Assembly (NCBI GenBank): GCA_049515895.1
Contig: JBEKTQ010000023.1
Location: 14,224-78,223, forward strand
Reading direction: 5' to 3'
Origin: Candidatus Bathyarchaeia archaeon
Lineage (GTDB): Archaea; Thermoproteota; Bathyarchaeia; Bathyarchaeales; Bathycorpusculaceae
Length of the DNA stretch: 64,000 nucleotides
Under the pieces are notes generated by a model. That model saw nothing but the letters and a program-made list of their open reading frames with translations. It did no database searches and had not been told where the DNA came from. Shown here one piece after another: positions 42,101 to 52,016 of this stretch (positions within the stretch are counted from its first letter, which is position 1; every line of letters begins with the position of its first letter). The translations under genes were made by a program, and so were the position numbers.

Positions 42101-42532
42101 TTACGCAATGGGTCCAGAAGGGTAGCGTCCAATGGCATCGAGGATTTCTTCCGCCGTCGTCTTTTTGCCGACGTTCCGCACTAAATCCGTGGCAACAACT
42201 ATCCCCACAAGCTGGTTTTGCTTTAAAACTGGCAGCCTCCTTATTTTATGCCTTGACATCAACCGCGCTGCATCCCTAATTGAGGTGTCAGGGTTAACTG
42301 TAACGAGGGATTTAGACATGATTTCAGATACTTTAACATCCAATGAAGCACGTTTCGCAACAATTCTCCTCACGAAGTCCCGTTCAGTAACGATTCCGAC
42401 AGGAGCAGACTTATCCGTGACGACCAAGCACCCTACCCCCTTTGCAGACATAAGTTCAGCCGCTTCAAAGACGCTTTGACTAACATCGATCGTAACTACT
42501 TTCTTTGTCATGATGTCCTTAACCGCTGGCAT
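42101..42532 (-). CDS. CBS-pair protein
   Basis: VKDIMT, VGIVTERD, IRRLPV, VGIV. Confidence 0.93.
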   Translation of the reverse strand: MPAVKDIMTKKVVTIDVSQSVFEAAELMSAKGVGCLVVTDKSAPVGIVTERDFVRRIVAKRASLDVKVSEIMSKSLVTVNPDTSIRDAARLMSRHKIRRLPVLKQNQLVGIVVATDLVRNVGKKTTAEEILDAIGRYPSGPIA

Positions 42533-42681
42533 AAAGCATCAGGTAAGAAGGTGGTTTCCTCGATGATAAAAGCATTGGCAGTACTAACTGATTATTGGGC
42601 TTCCAACTATGGATATGCCTTTGATGTGGAAAAGCATTTAACTTCTTAACTCAAACATCATATAAAGCTTTCAAGGAAGAG

Positions 42682-43104
42682 ATGAGAACAGTAATGCCGA
42701 TAAAGTATTTTGAAGCGCCGGAAATCAAAAAGCAGGTTGACCAGCTAGCTGAAGAATGTGAATTCTACCATGTCGTGCCACAATTCGTTTTCTGCGTCAG
42801 AAGCAAAGGTTCCAAAGCCAGACGTACAATAGCGCGCATACACGGGTTGGGCAAGATTTGGCAAGGAGTTCTGAACCTGCCGCCATCTTACACAATTGAG
42901 GTTATTTCAGAAGTGTACGATAAAATGTTGCCTGAAGACAGAGAGAGAACGCTCATCCATGAATTAATGCATATTCCTGGCGGGTTTGGCGGCGGTTTCC
43001 GCCCGCACAAAGGGTACGTTGAACGGAAAAACGTGGATGCTGTCTATCGGAAACTACAGAACGATCGGGCTGTCAAAAAACAGAAAACTCTGTTTTTCGA
43101 ATAG
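42682..43104 (+). CDS. small HExxH metallopeptidase
   Basis: RS.GS....IARI.G, Y.IEVISE, LIHELMHIP, RPH. Confidence 0.8.
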   Translation: MRTVMPIKYFEAPEIKKQVDQLAEECEFYHVVPQFVFCVRSKGSKARRTIARIHGLGKIWQGVLNLPPSYTIEVISEVYDKMLPEDRERTLIHELMHIPGGFGGGFRPHKGYVERKNVDAVYRKLQNDRAVKKQKTLFFE

Positions 43105-43264
43105 CCCCCAGAAATCTTGCGTTTTCAGCTATATGTTTTTAAGCTTCGAACGGGGGGTTATGAAAAGTTGCAGCTTCAGCACGAAAAAAGGCTGTAAAGT
43201 TAAATACTTCGGAAAATGGTTTAACCTTAAAAAGTCGTTTGCCGAAGGAAATTGAGGTTTAGAA

Positions 43265-44923
43265 ATGCGACATGTTATGAAAAGTCTAAAGCATAACGGC
43301 ATATTCGTTCCAACTTACGATTACAAAGGCTTTAGCGTCAAAATCAATGGTCAAGAATTGAAGCTGGCGCCTAAAAGCGAACAGATGGCTGTTGCTTGGG
43401 TAAGAAAAAGCCTGTCCACAGTGTCTCCGCCGGACAAAGTTTTCAAACATAATTTCATGCGTGAATTCCTTAGCGAGCTAAAGCAGGAGAACCCCGCCGC
43501 AGGCTTCTTGGACTCATTTATTCCAAAATACCTAAACAGTATCGAACACGCGCCTAAAACCCAAAATAACGGCGACTGCAAGGCCGAAGAAATCGACTTT
43601 AGCAAAGTCTGCACCTTTATCGAGTCAGAAAAGGCAAAAAAAGAATCTTTAAATAATGAAGTTAAAAAGCAGCAAGCCGAAGAACGGAAAATCCGTCGGC
43701 TGGAATTCAAAGAAAAATTCGGCTACGCAGATGTTGACGGGCAGCGGCTTGAGATTGCCAACTGGACTGCTGAGCCATCTTGTCTTTTCGCTGGACGCGG
43801 TGACCATCCGCAGCGTGGAAAGTGGAAAGACGGACCAAGCGAGCAGGATATCATTTTGAACTTGCCGCCTGATGCGCCTAAGCCCAAGGGAAATTGGAAA
43901 GGGGTGGTTTGGGAACCCGAAAAAATGTACGTTGCGAAATGGGAGGACAAGCTTACGGGCAAAATCAAGTATGTCTGGTTCAGTGACACCGCGTTTTTGA
44001 AGCAGAACCGCGAGAAAGAAAAATTCCAGAAAGCCGAAACCTTAGGCAAACAAATCAAGACGATTGAGCAGCATATTCTACGTAACCTGGATGACGAAGA
44101 CGAGGCAAGACGGAAGGTTGCGACGGTTTCATGGCTTATTTTGGTTCCCAATATGAGGGTCGGCGACGAAAAGGATCCTGACGAAGCTGATACGGTAGGC
44201 GCTATCACGCTTCGAAAAGAGCACATCACCTTTGAAACGAACAACGTCATTCACTTTGACTTCCTAGGGAAGGACAGCGTCAGATGGGACAAGAGATTCG
44301 AAGCTCCACCACAAGTTATCAGAAACATACAAGCTTACATGGCTGACTCAAGCAAAGAGTACCTATTCGAAGGCGTCGACTCCAAAAAGGTCTCTCGTTT
44401 TCTTAGCGAGAAAATGCCGAAGTTAACCGCCAAAGTGTTCCGCACTTGGAGATGCACAAAAACCGTAAGGGAAGAACTTGAGAGAAGCGGCGTCGTCAAA
44501 GAAGACCCTGAATACAAGAAGGTTTACGCGGCGAAAATGGCTAATTTCAAAGTCGCTGAGGTGGCAAACCACAAACGCAAAGTTCCGCCCACATTTGACC
44601 ATCGATTAGAGAAAAAAGAAGCCAACCTTAAATCGCTCGAAACGCAGCTTGAGATTAAGAAGGCAACTGGCAAAAAAACCGAGTCACTTGAAACCCGAAT
44701 TGCTAAAGCGAAGCTGGATTTGGAATTGACGCGAGTAACCAAAGAATACAATTTGGGCACATCGCTGAAATCGTACATTGACCCTACTGCTTACGTGAAA
44801 TGGGCGAAAAAAGTGAAGTTCGACATCGAAAAATTCTACCCCAAAACTCTCCGCAACAAGTTCAGCTGGGCACTTCAAAGCAGCCACGCACAACCGCAAA
44901 CAGCCGAGTGCATAACTGCATGA
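43265..44923 (+). CDS. DNA topoisomerase IB (eukaryote-like)
   Basis: L.HNG, EP..LF.GRG.HP.RG, MRVG.EKD, ADTVG, FDFLGKDS, LTAKVFRT, ANHK, LGTS.KSYIDP. Confidence 0.95.
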   Translation: MRHVMKSLKHNGIFVPTYDYKGFSVKINGQELKLAPKSEQMAVAWVRKSLSTVSPPDKVFKHNFMREFLSELKQENPAAGFLDSFIPKYLNSIEHAPKTQNNGDCKAEEIDFSKVCTFIESEKAKKESLNNEVKKQQAEERKIRRLEFKEKFGYADVDGQRLEIANWTAEPSCLFAGRGDHPQRGKWKDGPSEQDIILNLPPDAPKPKGNWKGVVWEPEKMYVAKWEDKLTGKIKYVWFSDTAFLKQNREKEKFQKAETLGKQIKTIEQHILRNLDDEDEARRKVATVSWLILVPNMRVGDEKDPDEADTVGAITLRKEHITFETNNVIHFDFLGKDSVRWDKRFEAPPQVIRNIQAYMADSSKEYLFEGVDSKKVSRFLSEKMPKLTAKVFRTWRCTKTVREELERSGVVKEDPEYKKVYAAKMANFKVAEVANHKRKVPPTFDHRLEKKEANLKSLETQLEIKKATGKKTESLETRIAKAKLDLELTRVTKEYNLGTSLKSYIDPTAYVKWAKKVKFDIEKFYPKTLRNKFSWALQSSHAQPQTAECITA

Positions 44924-45192
44924 GTATCACCGAAACCAAAGACGGCACAATCATCACAATTTTCGTAAAACCAAATTCCCCCAAATTCGTCGTTGAGCTT
45001 GAGGGGGACGAAATAGTTGTCCACAGCACAGAAGAACCTGTCAAGGGAAAAGTAAACAAGGAAATTTTGAAAGAATTTTCAAAGCTTTTGCATGCCAAAG
45101 TTGAGGTAGCAAGTGGCGCCACTTCAAGGCAGAAGCAGCTGTTTGTTCAAGGTTTGACAAAAAACAAAGTCGAGCAACTTCTTCGCTGTTGA
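44920..45192 (+). CDS. DUF167/YggU family protein
   Basis: VKPNS, P.KGK.N.E, GATSR.K; ATG overlaps the TopIB stop (ATGA). Confidence 0.88.
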   Translation: MSITETKDGTIITIFVKPNSPKFVVELEGDEIVVHSTEEPVKGKVNKEILKEFSKLLHAKVEVASGATSRQKQLFVQGLTKNKVEQLLRC

Positions 45193-45438
45193 TATGTTGA
45201 ACTGGATATATTACGAGAATCGAAATATGCCTTTTAAAGCAAAAGTGCTTAAACGATAATGTTAAAAGTTGAGCTTCGAAGAGGGAGGGACTAACCCCTC
45301 ACCTTACCCCAAAACTAACGTACCTCAAACTTTTGTCTGAATTCAAAAATCCGCACCAAGACCATTTTCTTGAATGACCAAATTTTTTAGTCAACCGGAC
45401 AACTCAAAAACTACAAAAAGTCAATCGCTACTGAAACC

Positions 45439-46743
45439 TTAAGCCAACCAACCCGGCTGATAACCGTTTATTGCCACTGATTGTGACTTAAATCGAAGCA
45501 TAGCCGCGATGCCGCCGAAAGCATTCTTGAGCATCTGCCCCTCTTCAGTTTCAGTCGAAATAATCTCTACATCGGTGTTAGCAAGTTCCGCCAGCTCCGC
45601 CAAGTCATCAACAACATCCTTCTTGTCAATCACGGTCACGGATGGCGCGCTGCATTTTGCGCAGGGCTTGCCGACGAGTCCTTGTTCGAAAGCACCTTCT
45701 TCCTGAGCTTTCACTGTATGCTGCTCTTCGTAGCCGCATGCGCTGCATTTCACGGTGACACGAACCAGATCCAAGCTTTCAGACATTATGAGCAAGCGAA
45801 CCGCTCCAGCTTGCAGCATCCGCCTCACTTCAGCTTCGCCGTAAGTTATCATTCCCGTGTCATGGCCGATTTCGTAGAGGAATTTCTGCATGATTTCTTT
45901 TTCTTCGATATAGCGAACTTTTTTCATGATCTCAGGCGCTTTATCCATCACTTCTTTGACGCCCTGCTCCTCCACGTAGGCTGTATCAACAACGTCGAGA
46001 ATTTTGTCCTTTAACTGATAGTTCAAGTAGCCGCCTTTTTCGAAATCATATTTTGTGGGTCCGGGACCGCCAAGAATGATGCCTTTCAGGGTGTCAATGG
46101 GCAGGAAAGTTTCGTTAGCATGCGAACCGACGCGGGTAAAATACTCGTTTAGCTGCATGTCCCGTAAACGTTCATATCGCCTAGCTGACTGCCCACCTGC
46201 TTTAGTTTTCCCCGTAACACCCGAATGCATCTGACGGACAATATCTAACCGCTTGCCCTGCAAGGTTGCAATGGTAGCGTTATTGGCATCTACCAGTAGA
46301 ATGCCGTAGGTTTCTTTCTCCCGCAACATCTCTTGCAGATGCTCAGTGTGAAATCTTGAATCACAACGATAAAGAAAAATCTTGATCGGTTCAGGCGGAA
46401 CTATAACGTACGCTTCCATGCGCTCGGTGCCTGGTCCACCACCTTCTGGCAAAAGAGCACCCGTAAAGATCACTATGCCCTTTTCCCCAGGATCTTTGAA
46501 GAGCTTGAGTTTTTGCTGGGCTTTAGTGATGGCATCCAGAACGTTTTTGCGTGTAACGTTCGATTTGATGTTGCTTGCTGTTCCATATTCGTTGCGCAGA
46601 AGGCTCAACGCGTCGCTAATTTGCTTGCCTGGCGGAACATAAACTGTGATGAGTTCCGTGTGGCTGCCTTCCTTGCTTGCTAAGGCATTGAGCATTTTTC
46701 GAAGTCTGAATAGCTCAAGAGACGATTTTTTCGCTGTACTCAA
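45439..46743 (-). CDS. prf1: peptide chain release factor aRF1
   Basis: NIKS, YRCDSRF and GGQS motifs; CxxC..CxxC insert in domain 3. Confidence 0.96.
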   Translation of the reverse strand: MSTAKKSSLELFRLRKMLNALASKEGSHTELITVYVPPGKQISDALSLLRNEYGTASNIKSNVTRKNVLDAITKAQQKLKLFKDPGEKGIVIFTGALLPEGGGPGTERMEAYVIVPPEPIKIFLYRCDSRFHTEHLQEMLREKETYGILLVDANNATIATLQGKRLDIVRQMHSGVTGKTKAGGQSARRYERLRDMQLNEYFTRVGSHANETFLPIDTLKGIILGGPGPTKYDFEKGGYLNYQLKDKILDVVDTAYVEEQGVKEVMDKAPEIMKKVRYIEEKEIMQKFLYEIGHDTGMITYGEAEVRRMLQAGAVRLLIMSESLDLVRVTVKCSACGYEEQHTVKAQEEGAFEQGLVGKPCAKCSAPSVTVIDKKDVVDDLAELAELANTDVEIISTETEEGQMLKNAFGGIAAMLRFKSQSVAINGYQPGWLA

Positions 46744-46827
46744 ACAACTTCACTAAATTCTATCTTTAATCAGCACAATAAACGTTAAAAGGAATCAAAT
46801 AAAAGTTCCGACTGAAAAAAGGGAACA

Positions 46828-47844
46828 TTAGGCTTTTGGCTTAGCTGCCGGAGCTGGAGCGGGCTCTGGCATAGGAACACCTATGGCTTCCCGTAGATAA
46901 GCTTTGAAGGGACCCAGTTTCCCACCATAGTTACCCGACGAAATCTTAACAACGCCTGGAACGCCGATGGCTGCGGTTACACCCTCTTTCATGCCCTTTT
47001 TGACGGCGTCCAATGTCAAACCGTTCATGACGATTTCGTAAACGCATTTCACTCCCTCTGGCACCACGGTGTCAGGTACGAGGTCGCGTATAGTTGGGCA
47101 GTAAACATGATTGGTCGAAGCCTTGAGTTTGTATTTTAGCGAACCCGCTTTACTTCCTGCACGACAAACGCCCCCTGGAAACTGCATTATTACGTCAGGA
47201 GCATTTGCGCGGATTGCTTCTGCTGCTGCCTCGGCAGCTTTGAGTCCCGAACGCTGGTCCTCAGCGAAAATCATAAAGTTGCCGCCGGCAACCGCTTCCA
47301 TAGCGCCAAAACCGTTTTCAACGATGAAGTCGCCTTCCATAACGGGGATTCTCCAGCATTTTCTTCCTCCCACCATGGCCTTTTTCTGGAAGCCATCGCC
47401 GAAGTAGCGCAAGCTGTTGCCAACATCTAAAGTTCGTTTGCTCTTGTCCATGCCATTGAAGGCTGCGGTTGTCGGGCAAGTCAGGGTGCATTGGCCGATT
47501 CGCTGCATAAGTTGGTGCTTGAGTTCAAAACGGTCACGATTATAGATTTGAATAAGTATTCCAGGTCGTTTGTCAGGGGTCTGGTCTGCTGGAACGGTTC
47601 GTTCGATTGCTGCTTCCGCAGTCGCCTCAATGACGCTCGTGGCAAAACCCGTTGTTAGGCTCGCGGCGATTTGCGCCCATTTTTCGTTTTGAGCGGTGAT
47701 TAAAACTCTTCCTACCCAAAGCGCGAACATTTCGGCAAAAGTGTCTTGAACCTTTACGATGTTTCCGCAGGGTGACTTAACAAGGAACATTTTTTCGTTA
47801 TCGTCATAGCCTTGAATTTCAAGCTTGTTAGTGTTCGTTGACAT
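46828..47844 (-). CDS. ftr: formylmethanofuran:tetrahydromethanopterin formyltransferase
   Basis: DTFAE, TPD.RPG, RIGQC.LTCPTTA, FGDG, AGGN, SGNYGGKLG. Confidence 0.93.
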   Translation of the reverse strand: MSTNTNKLEIQGYDDNEKMFLVKSPCGNIVKVQDTFAEMFALWVGRVLITAQNEKWAQIAASLTTGFATSVIEATAEAAIERTVPADQTPDKRPGILIQIYNRDRFELKHQLMQRIGQCTLTCPTTAAFNGMDKSKRTLDVGNSLRYFGDGFQKKAMVGGRKCWRIPVMEGDFIVENGFGAMEAVAGGNFMIFAEDQRSGLKAAEAAAEAIRANAPDVIMQFPGGVCRAGSKAGSLKYKLKASTNHVYCPTIRDLVPDTVVPEGVKCVYEIVMNGLTLDAVKKGMKEGVTAAIGVPGVVKISSGNYGGKLGPFKAYLREAIGVPMPEPAPAPAAKPKA

Positions 47845-48107
47845 GAAAGAGACCTCGCATTCAGTTGGGAATTGTGTAATTTAAGAGTTTTCATAAACGT
47901 GGCAGGGTTTCACCGTTTTTCAATCCCAAAAAACTTCTGTCGTACGTCAGTACACGGCATTTGCGTTTTGAGGTTCTCTGTTTCCGCCGCTTAAGAAAAA
48001 TATGGCTCACGCCCCAGCTTAATGCCGCATGGCTAGGCAGCGTTTTTTGTTCCTGCGTTGCTCCTTCCTTCTTTAATTTAAGGCGCAAAAAAGTGGTAAC
48101 TTCATTT

Positions 48108-48812
48108 TTATGCGTTTACTTTGATTATTTCCGGGATTTTACCCGCCATCCCAACCTTGCCCTTGAATATTATCAAAACCCCTTCCACGCCTTCAATCGA
48201 CATTCCCCGCGTGATACCTGCTTTGATCCCTACGTCCGCGTCTTCCCCTTTCACGGCGTTGCCCACGGCTGTGGCTACCGCGTCCGCTAGGCGTGCGTTT
48301 TTGCAGAAAACGGTTGCTGCTTCGGCATCGCCAAAACTTAATGCGTGGCTGAACCGTCCTGAACTTGTGGCGACGCCTATGGGAAATTCAGTGAGCCTGA
48401 AGCCGAAGCGTCTTGACAGGGGTTCGTCTCCAGCTGCGACTGCTACATCGATAGGCACGTTTGATGCTGCGGAGATTTCTCCGCCGTTTTCCACCACCGC
48501 CACTTCGCAACCCAATTCAGTCATGTCGTCAACGGCAATGTCCGCTATGACTCCTGCGACGGCTGCCATCGGCCCAACCCCTGCCTTTTCGGCGGCTTGA
48601 GCCATAATTTTTGCCACTAATGGTTTTTCAGGGGCTGGGTACGGTTTGAGCGTGTAGAGGAATTTGGGGTTTTCTTTTATGTAAACTTCGAGTTCTTGCC
48701 TGGTTCGCCTGATTGAATCTTCGGCTGCCCGGATGCCTTGCGGTTTGTCAGAAATAATGGTGCACAGCGTTTCTTTTAGGGTAAAGGTTTCTTTGAAAAG
48801 GTTTTTTGTCAA
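48108..48812 (-). CDS. UPF0280 / ApbE-like protein (COG2122, MA1715-like)
   Basis: GVGPMAAVAG, VENGGEI, TSSG...HA.SFG.A.A, ADA.ATA.GN. Confidence 0.9.
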   Translation of the reverse strand: MTKNLFKETFTLKETLCTIISDKPQGIRAAEDSIRRTRQELEVYIKENPKFLYTLKPYPAPEKPLVAKIMAQAAEKAGVGPMAAVAGVIADIAVDDMTELGCEVAVVENGGEISAASNVPIDVAVAAGDEPLSRRFGFRLTEFPIGVATSSGRFSHALSFGDAEAATVFCKNARLADAVATAVGNAVKGEDADVGIKAGITRGMSIEGVEGVLIIFKGKVGMAGKIPEIIKVNA

Positions 48813-48813
48813 C

Positions 48814-49245
48814 TTATTTTTTCCTGTTCGTGGCTGATTGGTCCCCGTTGGATTGTTTGATGGATTTTATGGCTCTTGCTGGGCACGCGTCAACGCAGAT
48901 GCCGCAGGTGCTGCCGACGCATTTTTCCTTGTCAAACTTTACTGAATAATCTGTTTCGATCTTTATGGCTTCAACGGGGCAAAGTGCCACGCATGATCCG
49001 CAGCTGAAGCATTTTTCAGCGTCAACTTCGATTAGTTTGGGGACTGTGACGGAGACGCCTCTTTTTCGGAACGCTTGCACTATTTTTTCTTGGGCCTCGT
49101 CTGGTACTTCTGCGAGTATTTCGCCGCCTTTAGAGTTAATGTGGGCTGACAAGATTGCCATGGGAACTTTGTATTCGAGTATTATTTGGGATGCTATCGG
49201 CTGTGGCACTTGTTCTTCAGTGAATCTTAGGAGAAGTCTCACCAT
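48814..49245 (-). CDS. NIL-domain 2x[4Fe-4S] ferredoxin (MA1822-like)
   Basis: N-terminal NIL-like domain; CFSCGSCVALCP and CVGSTCGICVDACP. Confidence 0.9.
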   Translation of the reverse strand: MVRLLLRFTEEQVPQPIASQIILEYKVPMAILSAHINSKGGEILAEVPDEAQEKIVQAFRKRGVSVTVPKLIEVDAEKCFSCGSCVALCPVEAIKIETDYSVKFDKEKCVGSTCGICVDACPARAIKSIKQSNGDQSATNRKK

Positions 49246-50753
49246 GGTTTTTGCCTTCCTAACAGTTTAGAGACGTCTTCTGAAGTGATTATTCCCAGCA
49301 CCTTCTTTTCCATGTCAACGACCGGTAGGGCGGAGATGTTGTTTTGCGCCATTCGTTTGGAGGCGACCTCAAGGGGGTCGTCGGGTTTAGCGGTGACGAC
49401 GTTGTGGGTTTCGATGTCTGCTAAAGCTTTTTTGCCTTCAGCCATAGCCTTAGTTATGTCCCATGAAGTAACTATGCCCCGCAGTTTGCCCACGCCGTCG
49501 ATGACGACTATGTGGTTAACTGATTTGGTGACTATGCGTTCAGCAATTGCCTGTATCTGCTCGTCCTCCGTGCATGTGACTGCTGCGTGCATGACTGAGA
49601 CGACGAAGGGAATTTCTTCAGTTTGCCTCATGGGCCTAAAAACGGTGTCAAGGGGTAGCCGTTCAAGGGGCGAAGTAAGCAGGAATGAGCCGTCTGCAAT
49701 CCATGACTTGAGCGTTTGAGAAACCTTCTTCGCCATCTTTATGCTGGACAGGCTGCTGACCCTTATTTTTTTGTCGTTAACCATGATTGAGCCCGATTTG
49801 AGTTCTTTGTAGCTTACTTGCCTAAGTTTAGGGCGGTCTCGCCGCGGCACGCTGTAGTCAACAACGTCTGTGAAGATTTCGCTGTCACGAATCGCCGTTT
49901 TCTTGGCTAATCCCTCGTTCAGTATTGGAATGGGGATGCCTAAGCCAACATACATTGAAGTGCCGTAACGCGTGAAGGCAGCGCCCTGCAAAAACTCAGG
50001 CGACATCTTCTTAGCGTCGCCTTTCACCATGAGGGTGCCGTTTAGGTTTTTGGGGCTGTGCTGCGTTCCTTCGCCGATAACGTAGCCTTGAGCGCCGCCT
50101 AGGAAGATGCGGGTGCCCATGCCGATGGTTTCGTAGTCTGGGTCGTTCATGAGGGGGTTCAGTTCGCCCGCGCCTGAAAACGTGGCGTTGCGCAGCCGTG
50201 GCAAGAGTTTGCTCATGTAAGTGTAGATTGTTTCGTCGCTGGTGTTGACCGCGCAGTTGTAGCGTTGGTAGCAGTTGCGGAAGTTGAGGAGTTGGAACTG
50301 GTTGAGGTCGTCTTTTGTTATGTTAGTTTTAAGTTGGGTCCTTGGGTAGCAGTCTGTTCCGTAAGCTGTCGCGCGGAGCTCAACTTCTTTTCCTGCCACG
50401 AGATCTTGGATAACGTGTCCTCCGCCGTATTCGAAGGGCTGTGTAGTCGACATATTTGTTGCGCCGATGTAGAGGTCCACTGCCGCGCCTGGGTGGCAGA
50501 CTTCCACGTCGTTCATCCACGCATGATCAATCTTGATAGGCGGGTCAGAGTGCCCAAGGTTGATGACTGCACCGGAGCTGCACATGGCGCCGAAAGTCCC
50601 AGTTGTAACCACATCAACCTCTTTGAAGGCGACTTCGACGCCGCTGCTTTCGACTAGTTTCTTCATTTCATCAGCAGTTAAAACCTGCGCGTCGCCCATG
50701 CGGATTTTCTCGTTAATCTCATCTACAGTCCGAGTTTTGCTTTGGTTGGACAA
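49239..50753 (-). CDS. homocysteine biosynthesis protein, DUF39 plus CBS (L-aspartate semialdehyde sulfurtransferase, MA1821/MJ0100-like)
   Basis: VDVVTTGTFGAMCSSGA, YGGGHVI, TDCYPR, RNCYQ.Y, GEGTQH; C-terminal CBS pair. Confidence 0.93.
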   Translation of the reverse strand: MSNQSKTRTVDEINEKIRMGDAQVLTADEMKKLVESSGVEVAFKEVDVVTTGTFGAMCSSGAVINLGHSDPPIKIDHAWMNDVEVCHPGAAVDLYIGATNMSTTQPFEYGGGHVIQDLVAGKEVELRATAYGTDCYPRTQLKTNITKDDLNQFQLLNFRNCYQRYNCAVNTSDETIYTYMSKLLPRLRNATFSGAGELNPLMNDPDYETIGMGTRIFLGGAQGYVIGEGTQHSPKNLNGTLMVKGDAKKMSPEFLQGAAFTRYGTSMYVGLGIPIPILNEGLAKKTAIRDSEIFTDVVDYSVPRRDRPKLRQVSYKELKSGSIMVNDKKIRVSSLSSIKMAKKVSQTLKSWIADGSFLLTSPLERLPLDTVFRPMRQTEEIPFVVSVMHAAVTCTEDEQIQAIAERIVTKSVNHIVVIDGVGKLRGIVTSWDITKAMAEGKKALADIETHNVVTAKPDDPLEVASKRMAQNNISALPVVDMEKKVLGIITSEDVSKLLGRQKPW

Positions 50754-50970
50754 TTAGCCTTACCTTTTAATGCCAATCGAAGAAGCTATGCAAGGATATA
50801 TTTTTTGCGCAAAACCGAACTAATTTAGCGAGTGATAGCCAAAAGGACCTTTTTTGCTTTTATTCAAGAAAAACTATCGCTAGTGGTTACGGGAGATTTT
50901 TTGGGGAGAAAATTGGTTGTTTGTGTTTTGGGTTGTTTTTTTGGTTCAGGGCTTGAGGCGTTTGTAGGTT

Positions 50971-51080
50971 GCGTTTTTTCCCGTTTTCTCCCGTTCCATC
51001 GCGTTGATTCCCGTTCTTTCGCGTCTTTTCCCGTTCCTTCCCGTTTTTTCGCGTTGATTCGCGTTTCTTAGCGTTTATTA
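50971..51080. repeat. 11 x 10-bp tandem array, consensus SCGTTnnTTC
   Basis: gcgttttttc ccgttttctc ccgttccatc gcgttgattc ccgttctttc gcgtcttttc ccgttccttc ccgttttttc gcgttgattc gcgtttctta gcgtttatta. Confidence 0.9.
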
Positions 51081-51094
51081 AGACCTAACCTTAA

Positions 51095-51397
51095 GTGATT
51101 AAGCATGGGGTCGTTATGCCGCTAACTGAAAAAGTCTCCTTCACTGCCACGCTTCAAGGGGCAAGTGCGGTTCAGATTCCAAAATTGATTCGGTCCCGTT
51201 TCAAGCTAGAGTGCGACCAACCGTTGAGGGTAGGCGTAAACTTTTTGGATCTACACAAGGGATGGCAGTTCTTTTACGCAAAAATACGCAACGACGGACG
51301 ATTAACCATCCCCAAACTAGTACTGAATCTCTTTGGGGACGACGAGCAGCCAAACTTAGCGGGGTACGTGTTGGAAATAACGCTTGAACCAGCGTGA
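51095..51397 (+). CDS. tandem AbrB/SpoVT-like DNA-binding protein (likely start 51116)
   Basis: Two swapped-hairpin halves: F.ATLQ....VQIPKLIR..FKL and F.AKI..DGRLTIPK. Confidence 0.75.
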   Translation: MIKHGVVMPLTEKVSFTATLQGASAVQIPKLIRSRFKLECDQPLRVGVNFLDLHKGWQFFYAKIRNDGRLTIPKLVLNLFGDDEQPNLAGYVLEITLEPA

Positions 51398-52016
51398 AGG
51401 CTGGGGCAGCACGCAATGCTTTATCAATGCACCCTTGCAATAGATCGAGCAATGAATTTCCTTGCTTTGCGAGACGGGAGCAGCTCTTACCTCGTTAGCC
51501 TTTGCGTGGTTCTTGAGGTCCCAAGACCAGATTTCTGCTTCATAGGCTTGCAAGCTTTTCTCCAGAGGCTAACCCATTCAACATCCATCTCATCTAACAA
51601 TTGAAGAGTGTCAGGGTCATCTTCATCGGACACAATAGTTTTTTTCTTCAAAACCATAATCGCCTAAACCAATTCTAAAACAAGCTTTCTTGACTTAGTA
51701 TAAAGTATACATTGCATTTAAACCCAACGATGAAATGGCCAAAAACTCAACCGCAAAGTTTCGAGAACCTGATTTTCGCAACGCTTTTAAGTTTCCGAAT
51801 CAATGTAAATCTATTAAAAACTTGCGGGTATGCGCTCTTTTACCGATAGCGCGTGTTTTCTTTTGCCGCCTTAGAGTGGCGTTAGACGTAATGTTTTGTC
51901 TGATGTAGATTAGAAGCTGTCTGGCTTTTCTTTGTTTTCGGGCATTAGATTTGGGATTTTGAGCGTTATTTTCGGTTAGCATTTTTTTCAAAATTCAAAT
52001 AACAAATTTATGGGAG

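Noticed and set aside
43351-44899. Antisense ORFs inside TopIB (and similar ones in clpB, aRF1, ftr, DUF39, fumC, mdh)
   Set aside because: Shadow frames of well-supported genes
50971-51080. CRISPR array or coding repeat (ORF 50832..51071)
   Set aside because: 10-bp period is not a multiple of 3 and has no spacers; the translation is low-complexity
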